A program made the translations under genes and the position numbers. The notes beneath the pieces are model-generated. The model was not told the origin of the DNA. It did no database searches and worked only from the letters and a program-made list of their open reading frames with translations. Positions 1-10,504 of a stretch of DNA of 64,000 nt are shown here, in pieces. The stretch is taken from the NCBI GenBank assembly GCA_963736115.1, contig CAVTNR010000012.1:160001-224000 (forward strand). Direction: 5' to 3'. The first letter of the stretch is position 1. Every line of letters begins with the position of its first letter. This DNA comes from an uncultured bacterium. GTDB taxonomy: Bacteria > Zhuqueibacterota > QNDG01 > DTFT01.

Positions 1-1207
1 CCGCGTCGCTGACTTCGCCCACTTCCACGTCCCGCATGCGGACGTGCTCGATGACGCCGCCCCGCACTGAATTGGTCTTGATGCGGAGGGCGCGGTCGAG
101 GTTCGGGCTGTCCATGCGGCAGTGCTCGACGAATACGTTCCGGCAGCTGCCTGAAATCTCGCTCCCGATCACCACGCCCCCGTGCCCGTCGCGCATCACG
201 CAGTTGCGGACCACGATGTTCTCGCTGGCCACATTGATGCGGCGTCCGTCCCCGTTCCGGCCCGATTTGATCGCAATGCAGTCGTCGCCCGTGTCGAAGG
301 TGCATCCCTCGATGAGCACGTTCCTGCAGCTTTCGGGGTTGCACCCGTCGTTGTTGGGCCCATGGCTCACGACGGTCACGCCGCGCACAATCACGTTCTC
401 GCACAGCACCGGGTGGAGACACCACATCGGCGACCGTTTCACGGTGATGCCTTCGATAAAAACGTTCCGGCACCGGATGAACTGAACGAAATTCGGGCGC
501 AGGTAATGCCCGCCGCCGAATACCCGTTCCGCGACCGGCGCGCCGGCCTCGCCCATGGCCAGCAGTTCGGCCCGGTCCCGCGCCTGAGAAGGCAGGCCCT
601 CGCGCCAGCCGTCGTCCCGGCCTCCGGACCAGAACCACCAGGCCGTGGAATCGGCCTGGCCGTCCAGAACGCCCGGGCCGGTGACGGCCACGTCCTCCGC
701 ATCCGCCGCGTACAGGAACGGCGCGTAATTCATGCATTCAACGCCTTCGAAACGGGTGAACACGGCCGGAAGATAGTCCTCCGGGTCGCGGCTGAAAAGC
801 AGAACCGCGCCCTTCTCCAGGTGCAGATTGACCCGGCTCCGTAGAACGAGCGGTCCGGTCAGGAAAACGCCCTCCGGCACGACGACCCGGCCCCCGCCCG
901 CGCCGGCGCAGGCTTCGAGCGCCGCGCGAATGGCCCCGCCGGACTGCGTCCGGCCGTCTCCGGCCGCACCAAACGCGGTGACATTAAAAGTCCGTTCCGG
1001 AAAAACAGGCGGCCGGATCTGCGACAGAATGGCCGGAACTTTCTCCCATCCGTTTTCCGAGGGCACCGGCAGGGTCGCGGTCCGGCAGGCGGCCAGAATT
1101 AAAAGTCCGGAAAGGACCGCGAAACCCGATGCCGTCCGGCCGGCGCGGGCCTGCCGGAGACCGGACTTTCCCGCCACGGCCGCGCGACCCAGTGTCGGTC
1201 TGTTCAT
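1..1207 (-). CDS. Glycoside hydrolase family 28 (polygalacturonase), runs off the window edge
   Basis: Not in the ORF track; translated by hand from ATG 1207 (ATGA overlap with the GH105 stop): MNRPTLG...LILAAC (lipobox-like), FNVTAFGAAGDG, and GH28 motifs HGPNNDG, TGDDCIAIKSG, GHGG, RIKT. Confidence 0.92.
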   Translation of the reverse strand, partial: MNRPTLGRAAVAGKSGLRQARAGRTASGFAVLSGLLILAACRTATLPVPSENGWEKVPAILSQIRPPVFPERTFNVTAFGAAGDGRTQSGGAIRAALEACAGAGGGRVVVPEGVFLTGPLVLRSRVNLHLEKGAVLLFSRDPEDYLPAVFTRFEGVECMNYAPFLYAADAEDVAVTGPGVLDGQADSTAWWFWSGGRDDGWREGLPSQARDRAELLAMGEAGAPVAERVFGGGHYLRPNFVQFIRCRNVFIEGITVKRSPMWCLHPVLCENVIVRGVTVVSHGPNNDGCNPESCRNVLIEGCTFDTGDDCIAIKSGRNGDGRRINVASENIVVRNCVMRDGHGGVVIGSEISGSCRNVFVEHCRMDSPNLDRALRIKTNSVRGGVIEHVRMRDVEVGEVSDA

Positions 1208-2436
1208 CGGACGGCATTCTCCATTTCAAGACTCGCCAGGATGAAGGGCCCCACGGCCTTCGGGTCATTGGAGCGGATTTTCTCGCCGATGTAATATTCA
1301 TACGAACCGTCCCGGTAGGGGTCGCCCCCCAGTCCGGCGACGGCGCATGCGGAATCGATGCGCACCCAGCCTCTCCGGTCCGTCCGGATGAATCGCTCTA
1401 GAATTCCCTTGTATCCCTTTTCCGCGATGTGCCGGTACGCGGGATGCAGAAGCCCGGTCCGCACGCCCTTGGCCAGGGCGTAGACGAACATGCAGGAGGC
1501 GGAAGATTCCAGATAATTGCCCTTCCGGGTCCCCTGGTCCAGCACCTGGTACCACAGTCCGGTCTCCGGATCCTGCACATTGGTGACCGCCGTGGCCAGC
1601 CGCGTGAACAGGGCGGTCAGTTCCGGCCTCTGCGGATGATCGGCCGGCAGGAAATCAAGGACATCCACCACGGCCATGGCATACCAGCCCATGCTCCGGC
1701 CCCAGAATTGGGAGGACAATCCCGTATTCGGATCCGCCCATCTCTGTTTCCGGCTTTCGTCCCAGCCGTGGTACAACAGCCCTGTTTTCTCCTCGCGGCT
1801 GACTTTTTCCATCAGCAGCACCTGTTTCGCGGCCTCGTCGAACAGCCCGGGCTCGTCGAATTCCGCCCCGTACTGGGCCAGAAACGGAGAGGCCATGTAA
1901 ATGCCGTCGAGCCACATCTGATGCGGGTATTTGTTCTTGTGCCAGAATCCGCCCACCGAGGTCCGGGGATGGCCGGCCATCTGCGAACGGAGCGTGTCCA
2001 GCGCCATGCGGTACTTCTCGTCCCCTGTTTCGCGGTACAGGCGGAAGAGCGGCTTTCCGGGATTGATGCGGTCGATGTTGAATTCGCTTTGACGGTAGGT
2101 ATGAATGGATCCTTTTTCATCGATGAACTGGTCGTAGTAACGCCGGACATATTCGAAATACCGGCCGTCTCCCGTGACGGCCCACGTTTCCAGAACAGCT
2201 TTCAGGACCAGACCGTAGGTGTACTCCCAATAAGGTTTCTTCGGCGATTCCAGATTTGCGGGATCGGGCGAACGGCGGAGAACCGATTCCGTCATCCGGA
2301 CCGACCATGGGAGCGTTTCCGGCACCGGGTTCGATGCCCGGCATGCGGCCAGGAGAGCCGCGCATGCGGCCGCCGCGGCCGCAAGGGCGAAGCCCGCGGT
2401 GTTCAGCCTGAAAATGGTTCGATATCTCGGCGTCAT
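1204..2436 (-). CDS. GH105/GH88 unsaturated rhamnogalacturonyl hydrolase (YteR/YesR-like), probable lipoprotein
   Basis: GGFWHKNKYPHQMWLDGIYM, LYHGWDES, FWGRSMGW, YLESSASCM; LLAAC lipobox. Confidence 0.92.
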   Translation of the reverse strand: MTPRYRTIFRLNTAGFALAAAAAACAALLAACRASNPVPETLPWSVRMTESVLRRSPDPANLESPKKPYWEYTYGLVLKAVLETWAVTGDGRYFEYVRRYYDQFIDEKGSIHTYRQSEFNIDRINPGKPLFRLYRETGDEKYRMALDTLRSQMAGHPRTSVGGFWHKNKYPHQMWLDGIYMASPFLAQYGAEFDEPGLFDEAAKQVLLMEKVSREEKTGLLYHGWDESRKQRWADPNTGLSSQFWGRSMGWYAMAVVDVLDFLPADHPQRPELTALFTRLATAVTNVQDPETGLWYQVLDQGTRKGNYLESSASCMFVYALAKGVRTGLLHPAYRHIAEKGYKGILERFIRTDRRGWVRIDSACAVAGLGGDPYRDGSYEYYIGEKIRSNDPKAVGPFILASLEMENAVR

Positions 2437-2469
2437 ATGCGGAACACTCCCCGGCCGCTGGTTTTTTTT

Positions 2470-2511
2470 AAGGAAGGGGGGACGGGACGGTTGATATCCC
2501 GTCCTCCCTTG
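2470..2511 (-). terminator. Stem-loop between the large secreted protein gene and GH105
   Basis: AAGGGGGGACGGGA...TCCCGTCCTCCCTT inverted repeat; no good U-tract on the minus strand. Confidence 0.4.
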
Positions 2512-2605
2512 TGTCTTCTTTGTTCCTGATCGAAACCGGGGGACGGCCCGCAGGCCCGCGGACCTTCGGCCGCCGACCTGCGGGTTTTCCCCGGAGCGAT
2601 GCCCG

Positions 2606-5600
2606 CTACTTGAGCATCACCATTTTCTGCTTCAGAACGGTCGAACCGGCCTTCAGCCTGTAGAAGTAGATGCCGGAGGCGAGGTTCTTGCCGTCGAATT
2701 CTACGGTGTAGAAGCCCGCCGCCTTGCGGCCTTCGGCCAGAACCGCGACTTCACGTCCCATCATGTCATACACGGTCAGGCGGATGTCTGAGGCCTTCGG
2801 AACCGCGTAGGCAATGGTCGTGGTCGGGTTGAAGGGGTTCGGGTAGTTCTGCTCAAGCGCGAACGTTTTCGGCGCCGCCGAACGCTCTTCCACGCCGCTC
2901 CCCTCGCGGTTATAATTGCTCCCGTCGTAGGGAATGACATTGGTCCGTCCGGTGATGGCGTTCGTCGGGTCGAACTCGAGCTTGTGATCCGGCAGGAACT
3001 TGACCGTGCCGTGTAACTTGGGCTGGTTCCACACCGCGTCCAGAAGCTCCGCCGCCCATTCCAGGGAGGCCTGCCGGCCCTTGCTGTCATTGTCATGCTG
3101 GCAGAGGGCCATGCCGAAGATGTTGCCTTCTCCGACCGAAACGGTTTCATTGCCCGTCCCGCTCTTGATGGCCTTCCAGTTCAGGGCCAGTTCGATCACG
3201 TAACCGCCGGTGACCTTGGCCCGGGTCCACTTCTTCAGCGAATCCGGAACCGCGTTCATGGTGTCCGTGCCTGCGATCGTGCCCGTCTTGGCCAGTGCGG
3301 TCATGCGCGTGTCCCACACCGAATTGACCGCGCTGTCCGTGGGCTGGGGATCAAACTTCAGCTCGAGGTTGTCCATTTCCCAGACATTGGTCGTGCCCAG
3401 GGAGGAAACCGTATCGTCCTTCACTTCCTCGTACAGGTAGAACCAGTTATCGTCCCACGCCGTCCAGATCTTCGCGGACAGATCCTTGTCGCCGCCCTTG
3501 GGTTCGCCGTTGTCGCTGTAATTGTAATAGCGGAACTGCAGGTAACCCTCATCCGGTCCGGCCAGCAGGGTGTAGAACGGGTCCTTCTTTCCGTCGATCC
3601 GCATGTAGAACGGGGTGCCGTCGTACGGAACGGCGTTCGACCGCGCGGCGACGTTGTTCTGCGGGATGTACTTCAGCTTGTTGTCCGGCAGGAACTCGAC
3701 CGTGCCCAGATACTTCGGCTGGTTCCACACCGCGTCGGTCAGGGTCGCCGCCCACTGCACGCTCGATTCGCGCGTGCCGGTCATGTTGTCGTTGTCGTGG
3801 GTGTTGAAGGCGAGCCCGAACACGCTGCCGATCACGGGCGTGACGGTTTCGGCATTGGTCGCGCTCACGATGGCGCTCCACTTCACGGCCAGTTCGAGGG
3901 CGTAACCGCCGTCAATCAGCCGGCGCGCGATCTGCTTGTTCTCCGCGGCCATGGTGCCGAAATTGGTGTTGCCGGCAACGCCCTCGGTGAACTGCGCGGT
4001 CAGGTCGAGGCTGACGATGGTGTTGACCGTGCTGTCCGCGGCAATGGGATCGATCTTGATCTCGATGCCGTCGTTGTTGTAGGTGTTGGCGCTGGACGAG
4101 GAGATGGTGTCGTCCATCACTTCCTCGTACACATAGAACCAGGTGTTATCCCAGGCCGTCCAGATCTTCGCGGACAGGTCGGCGTCGCCTTTCGCGGGCG
4201 TGCCGTTGTCGTTGAACGCGTAGGACTTCAGCTGCAGGTACCCGTCGTCGGGGCCTGCCAGGCCGTCATAAAACGCGTCTTTCTGTCCGTCCACCACGAT
4301 GGCGGCCGGCTCGATATCCTGTTCCCACTGTGCCTTCTTCGCGGGGAACCAGTTCAGGTCGCCGACCGGGAATCCGGCCTCGCCGCCCGTGTAGGCCGCG
4401 GCAGCCGTCGGATAGGCGCCGTCCAGCGTGTCGCGGTAGAACTCGATCAGGCGACGGTCGTAGTCATGCTCTGCGACGACGTAATTGGTCTGGTCCTTCA
4501 ACTTGCCGGCCCCGCCCTCGGCGGCGGGCGTTTCATACCACCGCATGAGGTTCGTCATGAGCGCGGGGGCGTTGTTCAGCTCCACGCTCTCTTCCGTGAA
4601 CGCGAAGGCGGCGTTTCCGCCCAGCTTGCCGGTGATGTGGTCCGACAGCTTGTCGCCTTCCGGAAAGCCGTAATCATCCAGGAAATCCTGGCCCGAATCG
4701 CTGATCGCGTAGAAATTGTTGAGAATCGTCCAGTTCGTGACGTCGTTCGGGGCTGAGAAAATCCACGTGATGCGGTTGTTGCCGTTCGCGTAGGTCTCTC
4801 CGGTGTTCGCCCATTCGGCGGCCCGCGTCGCGTCGGTCGAATCCTCGCCGAGCGCGAAGCCGTCGATGAACAGGTTGTTCGTGATCGCGAATTCGGCGCC
4901 CACGTTTCCGAGCGAGAACAGACCGTGGAAACCCATGCCGTTCACGAAGGTATTGTGGTCCACCAGGCCGTAATGGATGAGGCCGGTGCCCTGGGCCGGA
5001 TTCGCGAAGTTGTAGTGCCGGATGGCCCGGTCCTGATAGTTCACGAACGTGTTATTGACCACGATGAACGAGTCGCAGGCCGCTTCGCGAAGGTCGAAAC
5101 CCTTGCCCGCGCCCAGGTTGGACGTGGAAAGAGTGCCCATGTTCGCGAAAACGCAGTTGGTCACCTGCACCTTGACACTGTTGCTGCCCGTGCGCACATG
5201 CTGTCCGTTGATGTTCGACAGCACCATCCCGTCCAGGATGATGGAGGCGCCGGCGCCCGTGGTGTTGATCAGCCCGCCCTGCACGCCGCCGATCCGCTCC
5301 GGCTCGCCTTCGTAGAAGCCGGCGATGCAGAAATTCTCCAGCTGCAGGTTTCCGCCGTTGAGAACGGCGAAGTTGCCCGCGGGCCGGGTCGGACTGGTGC
5401 CGGTGCCGGTTTCCCAGAGGTAGACGACGGGTTTCTCACCCTCGCCCGCAGCGGCGCGGATGTGCAGTTTGCGTCCGGCCGGAACGGTGAAGATGGCGTT
5501 GGCCAGGTAGATCTGGCCGCGCTGGAGCTCATAGACGCGGTCCGCAAGCAGTTCCTGCGTTAGCCACCGTGTCCGCGACGATCTGCCGGTTGGTGTACGA

Positions 5601-5708
5601 TTCCGGCGTGCCGTCATAGGGCACCAGCTGAAGGACGCTCTGCGCGGACAGGGACCCCGCCAGCAGAAAGATCCCGATGACCGCCATTCCTAACTTCTTA
5701 CCCCACAT
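2606..5708 (-). CDS. Large secreted protein: signal peptide, beta-helix-like domain, two CBM9/DOMON-like domains, T9SS-type C-terminal sorting domain; frameshift near 5552
   Basis: AAGGAGG then ATG 5708 (MWGKKLGMAVIGIFLLAGSLSAQ); removing one base at ~5552 joins it to ORF 2606..5617 (LLADRVYELQRG); NCVF/NNTF/HNTF/NNLF repeats; two 'DLSAKIWTAWD..WFY.YEEV.DDT' domains; QNYPNPFNPTTTI...SGIYFYRL...KMVMLK. Confidence 0.85.
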
Positions 5709-5902
5709 TGGAACCTCCTTGAATTGGTTACGCGTGAATCGGGCGAACAAGCCCGCTGTTCCCAGTGTTCCGGCCTGATCACCTCCTCGCTTACGCGAAA
5801 GGGCGCGGATGTGCGGTGCGCCGGGCAAGCCGGACGGTCCGGACGGATCCATCATTAAAATCCCCTGGATCCGTCCGGAGCCGTCCGCCCCGGCCTCGGG
5901 GC

Positions 5903-8890
5903 TCAAAGCTGAGCTGTGATGCCGAAGTCCACCGTGGTTCCGTACCTTTCGCTTTGATCGAACAGTTTACGATGCTGGACGCGGTTGACGATGGAAGTCC
6001 CGTCCTCGACATCCGTCAGGTTACTGACATTCAGGAAAACCGACAGGTTTTTCATGATGGCCTGTCTTACGGCCAGATCGACCCGGGTGAACGGATTGAT
6101 GACCCGGTCGCTCAGGCCGCTCGCGGAATGAGACCGGTTGTGCTCGCCCTGGTGGAAAACCGAGACCCGGGCGGAGAAATCACCGATGTCATAGCCGAGC
6201 GAGACATTTCCGAAAAATTCGGGCATGCCCTCGAGCTTCTGCTTCCGTTCGACCAGGATGTTCTTGGATTTGGTGAGGGGAATCTTGCCCGAACGGTCGA
6301 CCCAGGTGATGGTCTTGGACCCGTACAGCACGGTCTCGGAACGCACCACGGACGCGTTGTAGGAGAGGATAAAGTTCTTCGCCAGGCTCGGCAGAAACTT
6401 CAGACTGATCTGATGCTCAAACTCGAAACCCCAGACCTTGGTCGGTTTCCGGGAATTGTAGGGCAAAGTCAGATTGTACGGGGTGGTCTTCATCTGGCTC
6501 GCCCACTCGATGCCGAAGTGATAGAGAATTGAATCGCCGGTGGTGTTGAAATCGTTCAGCATGTGGTACATGCCGTCGATCTCTTTATAATAGGCGGACA
6601 GGGAGATCAGGCCGATGGTGTTGCTGAAAAAGGTCGGGTTGATCTCGTAGTTCCAGGCCGTCGCGGTCTTCAGCTTCGGATTTCCGACGTAGACTTCGAA
6701 ATTGCCGCCCACCTCGGCGGGCCGCCCGGCGATGTACCGGTCGAGCCGCATGTTGAAATCGGGCCGGGCCAGGGCCTTGTAGGCCGCCACGCGCCATTTC
6801 ATGAAGGAAAACGGGCTCCAGGCGACATTGACGTTGGGCAGCCAGACCGTCTGCTTTGCGGAAGATGTGGTGTCGAGTATGGAATTGGAGGGAACCGGGA
6901 ACCCGGCCACGGATTTCGGCATGTACATGGCCAGGTAATCGTTGTCCTCGTTCTCAACGCGCACGCCCGCGATGAGGGTGAGCACCTGGCCGATGTTGAA
7001 CGAGTTCATGATGTATCCGGCGGAGACCCGCTCCGTCACTTCATAATCGTCGTACTTGATGAGCGGGTTGACCCAGATCTCGCTCTGGTTACCGGTGGCA
7101 TCGACCCCGTACCGGTTCAGGTTCCGCCACTGCCGCAGGGTGTCGCGGATGATCAGGGGGTTCAGTGTGTAGTCGCCGTACACCTGGCGATTTTGGGAAC
7201 GGGTGAAGAAATTGTTGACTCCGACGAATCCGCCGCCGTCGTCTAGCCACTGGTCGAAGGCCGTGCCGGTGAAATCCTTCAGCCGGACCTCGCCGCCCGG
7301 GGGGCGCTCGTATGCCATCCACCGGCCCAGGTAATACGGCGTGAAATCCTCGGACCGGAAATTGGTCCGTTCGCGTTCCTTGACCTTTCCGCCGATCTTG
7401 AGTTCTCCGGACACGTACGACCCCAGCCGGTATTCACGCGCGACATCGAGGAATGCGGTCTTTTCCCGGTCCGTGTTCTCCTGCTCCCGCTCATAGGCCC
7501 AGTACATGGACGCGGACGTGAAATTATTGTTCGCGTATCCGATCAGCTTGCCGGGGCCCGAGTGAAACATCGGCGAGGGCCTCATGCCGGACGGTTCGAC
7601 GAATATGGCCTCGTAGTCGTAGGGATATTCGGAATCGGATCGGCCGTACGAAAGCCCCCAGTTCAGATGCAGGCCGACGAGTCGGTTGTCTCCGGTGATG
7701 GAACTGCTGAAGGTCTGCAGTTCCTGCTCGCGGTCCCGGTAATCGTAGGTGGGATTGCCCTGCTGGTCTCCGCCGCCGTTGGAGGGATAATCGCGGGTCG
7801 ACAGAAGGTAGCTCCTCCGGGTCCGGCCGAACATGCTGTTGAACCGCACGGATCCGCCGTCCGGCGTGTTCACGTCAAAGAGCAGGCTCGCCCCGTCGCG
7901 CTTGCGCACCTCGTCCGTGAATTCGAGCGAGAAGTCATTGATGAAATAATCCGTTCCGTCGCTGATGGACTGGTTGTAGTTGACGTCGATGCGCTCGTTG
8001 CTCCGGATGCGCTTCTCCGTGTTTCCCATCACCTGCAGGCCCAGCACGCCGCCGAAGAACCGTTCGCCGTAATGGAAGGAGCCGTCGTACTGGTCCGCCG
8101 ATTTCATGAGCCGGTTGTAATTGCCCTTGACGTCGGCCCGGACGAGCCTCTTTTCCGGCGCCTTTTTGGTGACCATGTTGATGCTGCCGGCCAGGGCGTC
8201 TCCGTCCTTGTCTGAGGTCACGGCCTTGTACAGTTCGATGCCGGTCAGGGAGCTCTGGGACAGGATGCTCAGGTCCACGCCCCGGCTGGTGGCGTCCGTG
8301 GCCGGCACCTTCACGCCGTTGATGGTCACGAGCGTGAACTTGTCCTCGAGACCGCGGAGGATCACCTTGTTGGCCTCTCCGCCGGACCGCAGGATCGATA
8401 CGCCGGGCAGGCGGCCGACCGCTTCGGCCGCATTGGCGTCCGGCAGTTCCTTGATCTTCTCCTCTGAGATCACGTTCACGATGGTGTTGGACGTGATCTG
8501 CTGGTTGATGGCCGCCGCCTGTCCCACGGCCTGGCCCCGCACCACCACGGTCTTGCCCTTGATGGCGTCAGGCGGGAGCGCGGCAAAAACAGTTTCCGTC
8601 CTGCCGGACCCGATTGTCACGGGAATGTCCGTGGTCCGATATCCCAGGTAGGAAACCTTCAGTGTGTAAGAGCCGGCCGGTACCCGATCGATCCGGTACA
8701 GACCTTCGAGGTCGGTCGCGTCGCCCAGGGAGGTCCCGGCCAGATAGACATTCGCGCCCACCAGGGGCTTGCCGGTCAGGGAATCGGTTACCAGTCCCTT
8801 CAGGTTTCCCTGGCCCGAGGCTGCGGCCGGGAGTCCGAAACCGGCTGCGACCAGAGCGAGAATGAACAGGGATTTCACGGAAATTCTCAT
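5903..8890 (-). CDS. TonB-dependent receptor with N-terminal carboxypeptidase-regulatory-like domain
   Basis: Signal peptide; LKGLVTDSLTGKPLVGANVYL; plug LPDANAAEAVGRLPGVS...IELYKAVTSDKDGDALAGSINM; GNPKLK; terminal beta strand TVDFGITAQL. Confidence 0.93.
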   Translation of the reverse strand: MRISVKSLFILALVAAGFGLPAAASGQGNLKGLVTDSLTGKPLVGANVYLAGTSLGDATDLEGLYRIDRVPAGSYTLKVSYLGYRTTDIPVTIGSGRTETVFAALPPDAIKGKTVVVRGQAVGQAAAINQQITSNTIVNVISEEKIKELPDANAAEAVGRLPGVSILRSGGEANKVILRGLEDKFTLVTINGVKVPATDATSRGVDLSILSQSSLTGIELYKAVTSDKDGDALAGSINMVTKKAPEKRLVRADVKGNYNRLMKSADQYDGSFHYGERFFGGVLGLQVMGNTEKRIRSNERIDVNYNQSISDGTDYFINDFSLEFTDEVRKRDGASLLFDVNTPDGGSVRFNSMFGRTRRSYLLSTRDYPSNGGGDQQGNPTYDYRDREQELQTFSSSITGDNRLVGLHLNWGLSYGRSDSEYPYDYEAIFVEPSGMRPSPMFHSGPGKLIGYANNNFTSASMYWAYEREQENTDREKTAFLDVAREYRLGSYVSGELKIGGKVKERERTNFRSEDFTPYYLGRWMAYERPPGGEVRLKDFTGTAFDQWLDDGGGFVGVNNFFTRSQNRQVYGDYTLNPLIIRDTLRQWRNLNRYGVDATGNQSEIWVNPLIKYDDYEVTERVSAGYIMNSFNIGQVLTLIAGVRVENEDNDYLAMYMPKSVAGFPVPSNSILDTTSSAKQTVWLPNVNVAWSPFSFMKWRVAAYKALARPDFNMRLDRYIAGRPAEVGGNFEVYVGNPKLKTATAWNYEINPTFFSNTIGLISLSAYYKEIDGMYHMLNDFNTTGDSILYHFGIEWASQMKTTPYNLTLPYNSRKPTKVWGFEFEHQISLKFLPSLAKNFILSYNASVVRSETVLYGSKTITWVDRSGKIPLTKSKNILVERKQKLEGMPEFFGNVSLGYDIGDFSARVSVFHQGEHNRSHSASGLSDRVINPFTRVDLAVRQAIMKNLSVFLNVSNLTDVEDGTSIVNRVQHRKLFDQSERYGTTVDFGITAQL

Positions 8891-9001
8891 CGGATTCCTC
8901 TCCTTCGCCTTGGATGGTCCACCGCAAAAACCAGGTTGGCCCGGTCCTCTCGGTTCCGGGCGGAATCATATTAAATGATGGGAAATCGGGATAGCAGGAA
9001 A

Positions 9002-9075
9002 ACTGTGATACGGTAATTAACCATATTCGAAGCTGAAAATGAAGTGAATAACGGTGAAAAACTGTGAAAAACAGG
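9002..9075. promoter_or_regulatory. Phased 10-bp direct repeats, candidate wHTH operator
   Basis: GAAGTGAATA / ACGGTGAAAA / ACTGTGAAAA at 9041, 9051, 9061, plus ACTGTGA at 9002. Confidence 0.5.
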
Positions 9076-9107
9076 ACTCGACATCGGCTCAAGTGTTAAA
9101 GTTACGC

Positions 9108-9136
9108 TTGATTTTCTTGGAAATGAGTCGTAAATT
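9108..9136 (+). promoter_or_regulatory. sigma70-type promoter of the regulator gene
   Basis: TTGATT-N17-TAAATT. Confidence 0.5.
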
Positions 9137-9246
9137 CATCATTATCGTGTTATCTGCATTTTTTGTCGTCGGTTAAGCTTATAATTATAAGTGGTTTGTT
9201 CATTATCGGCCAACAGCTCTGAACTCCCTGACCGGCGGAACTCCCG

Positions 9247-10458
9247 ATGACCCTCGATCACAACCACAAAAAACTTCTTGAAAAGATTCTCGGCAGTCCG
9301 GAATTTTCACATTCCAAAATATACCAGACTTTCCTGTCCTATCTCGTGGAAGCTGCGGAGCAGGGCCGCGAACTGAAGGAAACGACCATTGCCATGGAAG
9401 TTTTCGGCAAGGACGCCACCTTCAATCCGGCCGAGGACACCACGGTCCGGTCTCACACATACACCCTGCGGAAAAAACTGGAAAACTATTTTTTACAGGA
9501 AGGAAAAACCGAAAAAATCCGGCTGAGGATACCGAAAGGGCATTACGAAGTGCTGTTCTCGCCGGTTTCGGCCGACCGGCTCGTTCCGAAAAATCTGTTC
9601 CGGTTTCTGATCAGAAACGGCCATTGGATACTGGTGGCGCTTCTGGCCGGGTTGTGTGTTTTTCAGGCGGTCCGGAACCGTATGATCAACGGAAAAATGG
9701 CCCGCTATCGCGTTCTGAAACCGGATGATCCCTTCTGGAAGGAGTACCTGCAATCCGACCTGCCCATTCTGCTGGTCGTGGGCGATCATTTCTTCTTCAA
9801 CGACAATCTGCCGAAATACGGCAGCACGGTCAGCGTCCGCCATCCCCGCGTCAATTCGGCGGAGGACCTGCACGCCCTGTACCCCGGCATACAGGCGGAC
9901 CTCTCCGCTGAGCCCTATTTCCCCTACCACAGCATCTGGAGCCTTCCGCCCATTCTCTCGATGCTTTTCTCCGCGAACCAGACGCCCATTCTGCGGAAGG
10001 CTTCGGATGTCAGCCCCCAGATCCTGGATGAATACAACATCCTGTTCCTGGGCAGCATCAAGACCCTGTATGCGCTCAAGCACACGCTCCTGAAATCCCA
10101 CTTTCGTTTCGAGATCGCGCCGCACCGGGTGATTTACACGCCGCCCGGCGCCGACAGTTCGGTCGTATTCAAGACCAGCCTGCATTCGCCGGGTCCCAAC
10201 GAGGACCTCGTGATCGCGTGCAAACTGCCGGGGCCGGACGACAACGCCATCTTCATCATCGCCTCGTACCATTCGCTCGGCGTGCCCGAAATCAGCGCCA
10301 CCCTGACCACACCCTCGCGTCGGGCGAACCTGGAGAAGATGTTCCTGGAAAAAACCGGGCGGATTCCCCCGTATTTCGAAATCCTCTTCCGCGTGACGGG
10401 CATCGACAAAACCGCCTACAATATCGAAATCCTCGTGCTGAACGAAATCGCCCCCTGA
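9247..10458 (+). CDS. Putative membrane-anchored one-component regulator (wHTH-like N-terminus, one TM helix, extracytoplasmic domain)
   Basis: FLSYLVE...LKETTIAMEVFGKDATFNPAEDTTVRSHTYTLRKKLENYF...RLRIPKGHYEVLF; TM WILVALLAGLCVF; ~260-aa C-terminal domain. Confidence 0.7.
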   Translation: MTLDHNHKKLLEKILGSPEFSHSKIYQTFLSYLVEAAEQGRELKETTIAMEVFGKDATFNPAEDTTVRSHTYTLRKKLENYFLQEGKTEKIRLRIPKGHYEVLFSPVSADRLVPKNLFRFLIRNGHWILVALLAGLCVFQAVRNRMINGKMARYRVLKPDDPFWKEYLQSDLPILLVVGDHFFFNDNLPKYGSTVSVRHPRVNSAEDLHALYPGIQADLSAEPYFPYHSIWSLPPILSMLFSANQTPILRKASDVSPQILDEYNILFLGSIKTLYALKHTLLKSHFRFEIAPHRVIYTPPGADSSVVFKTSLHSPGPNEDLVIACKLPGPDDNAIFIIASYHSLGVPEISATLTTPSRRANLEKMFLEKTGRIPPYFEILFRVTGIDKTAYNIEILVLNEIAP

Positions 10459-10504
10459 CCGGGGGCGAATACTGAAGCCTGCTTCCGCCTGTCCGTTCAG
10501 CCTC

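Noticed and set aside
36-1244. Plus-strand ORFs at the window start
   Set aside because: Antisense shadows of the GH28 gene on the minus strand
5545-5560. Programmed ribosomal frameshift in the secreted protein gene
   Set aside because: No slippery heptamer; similar indels elsewhere point to sequencing error
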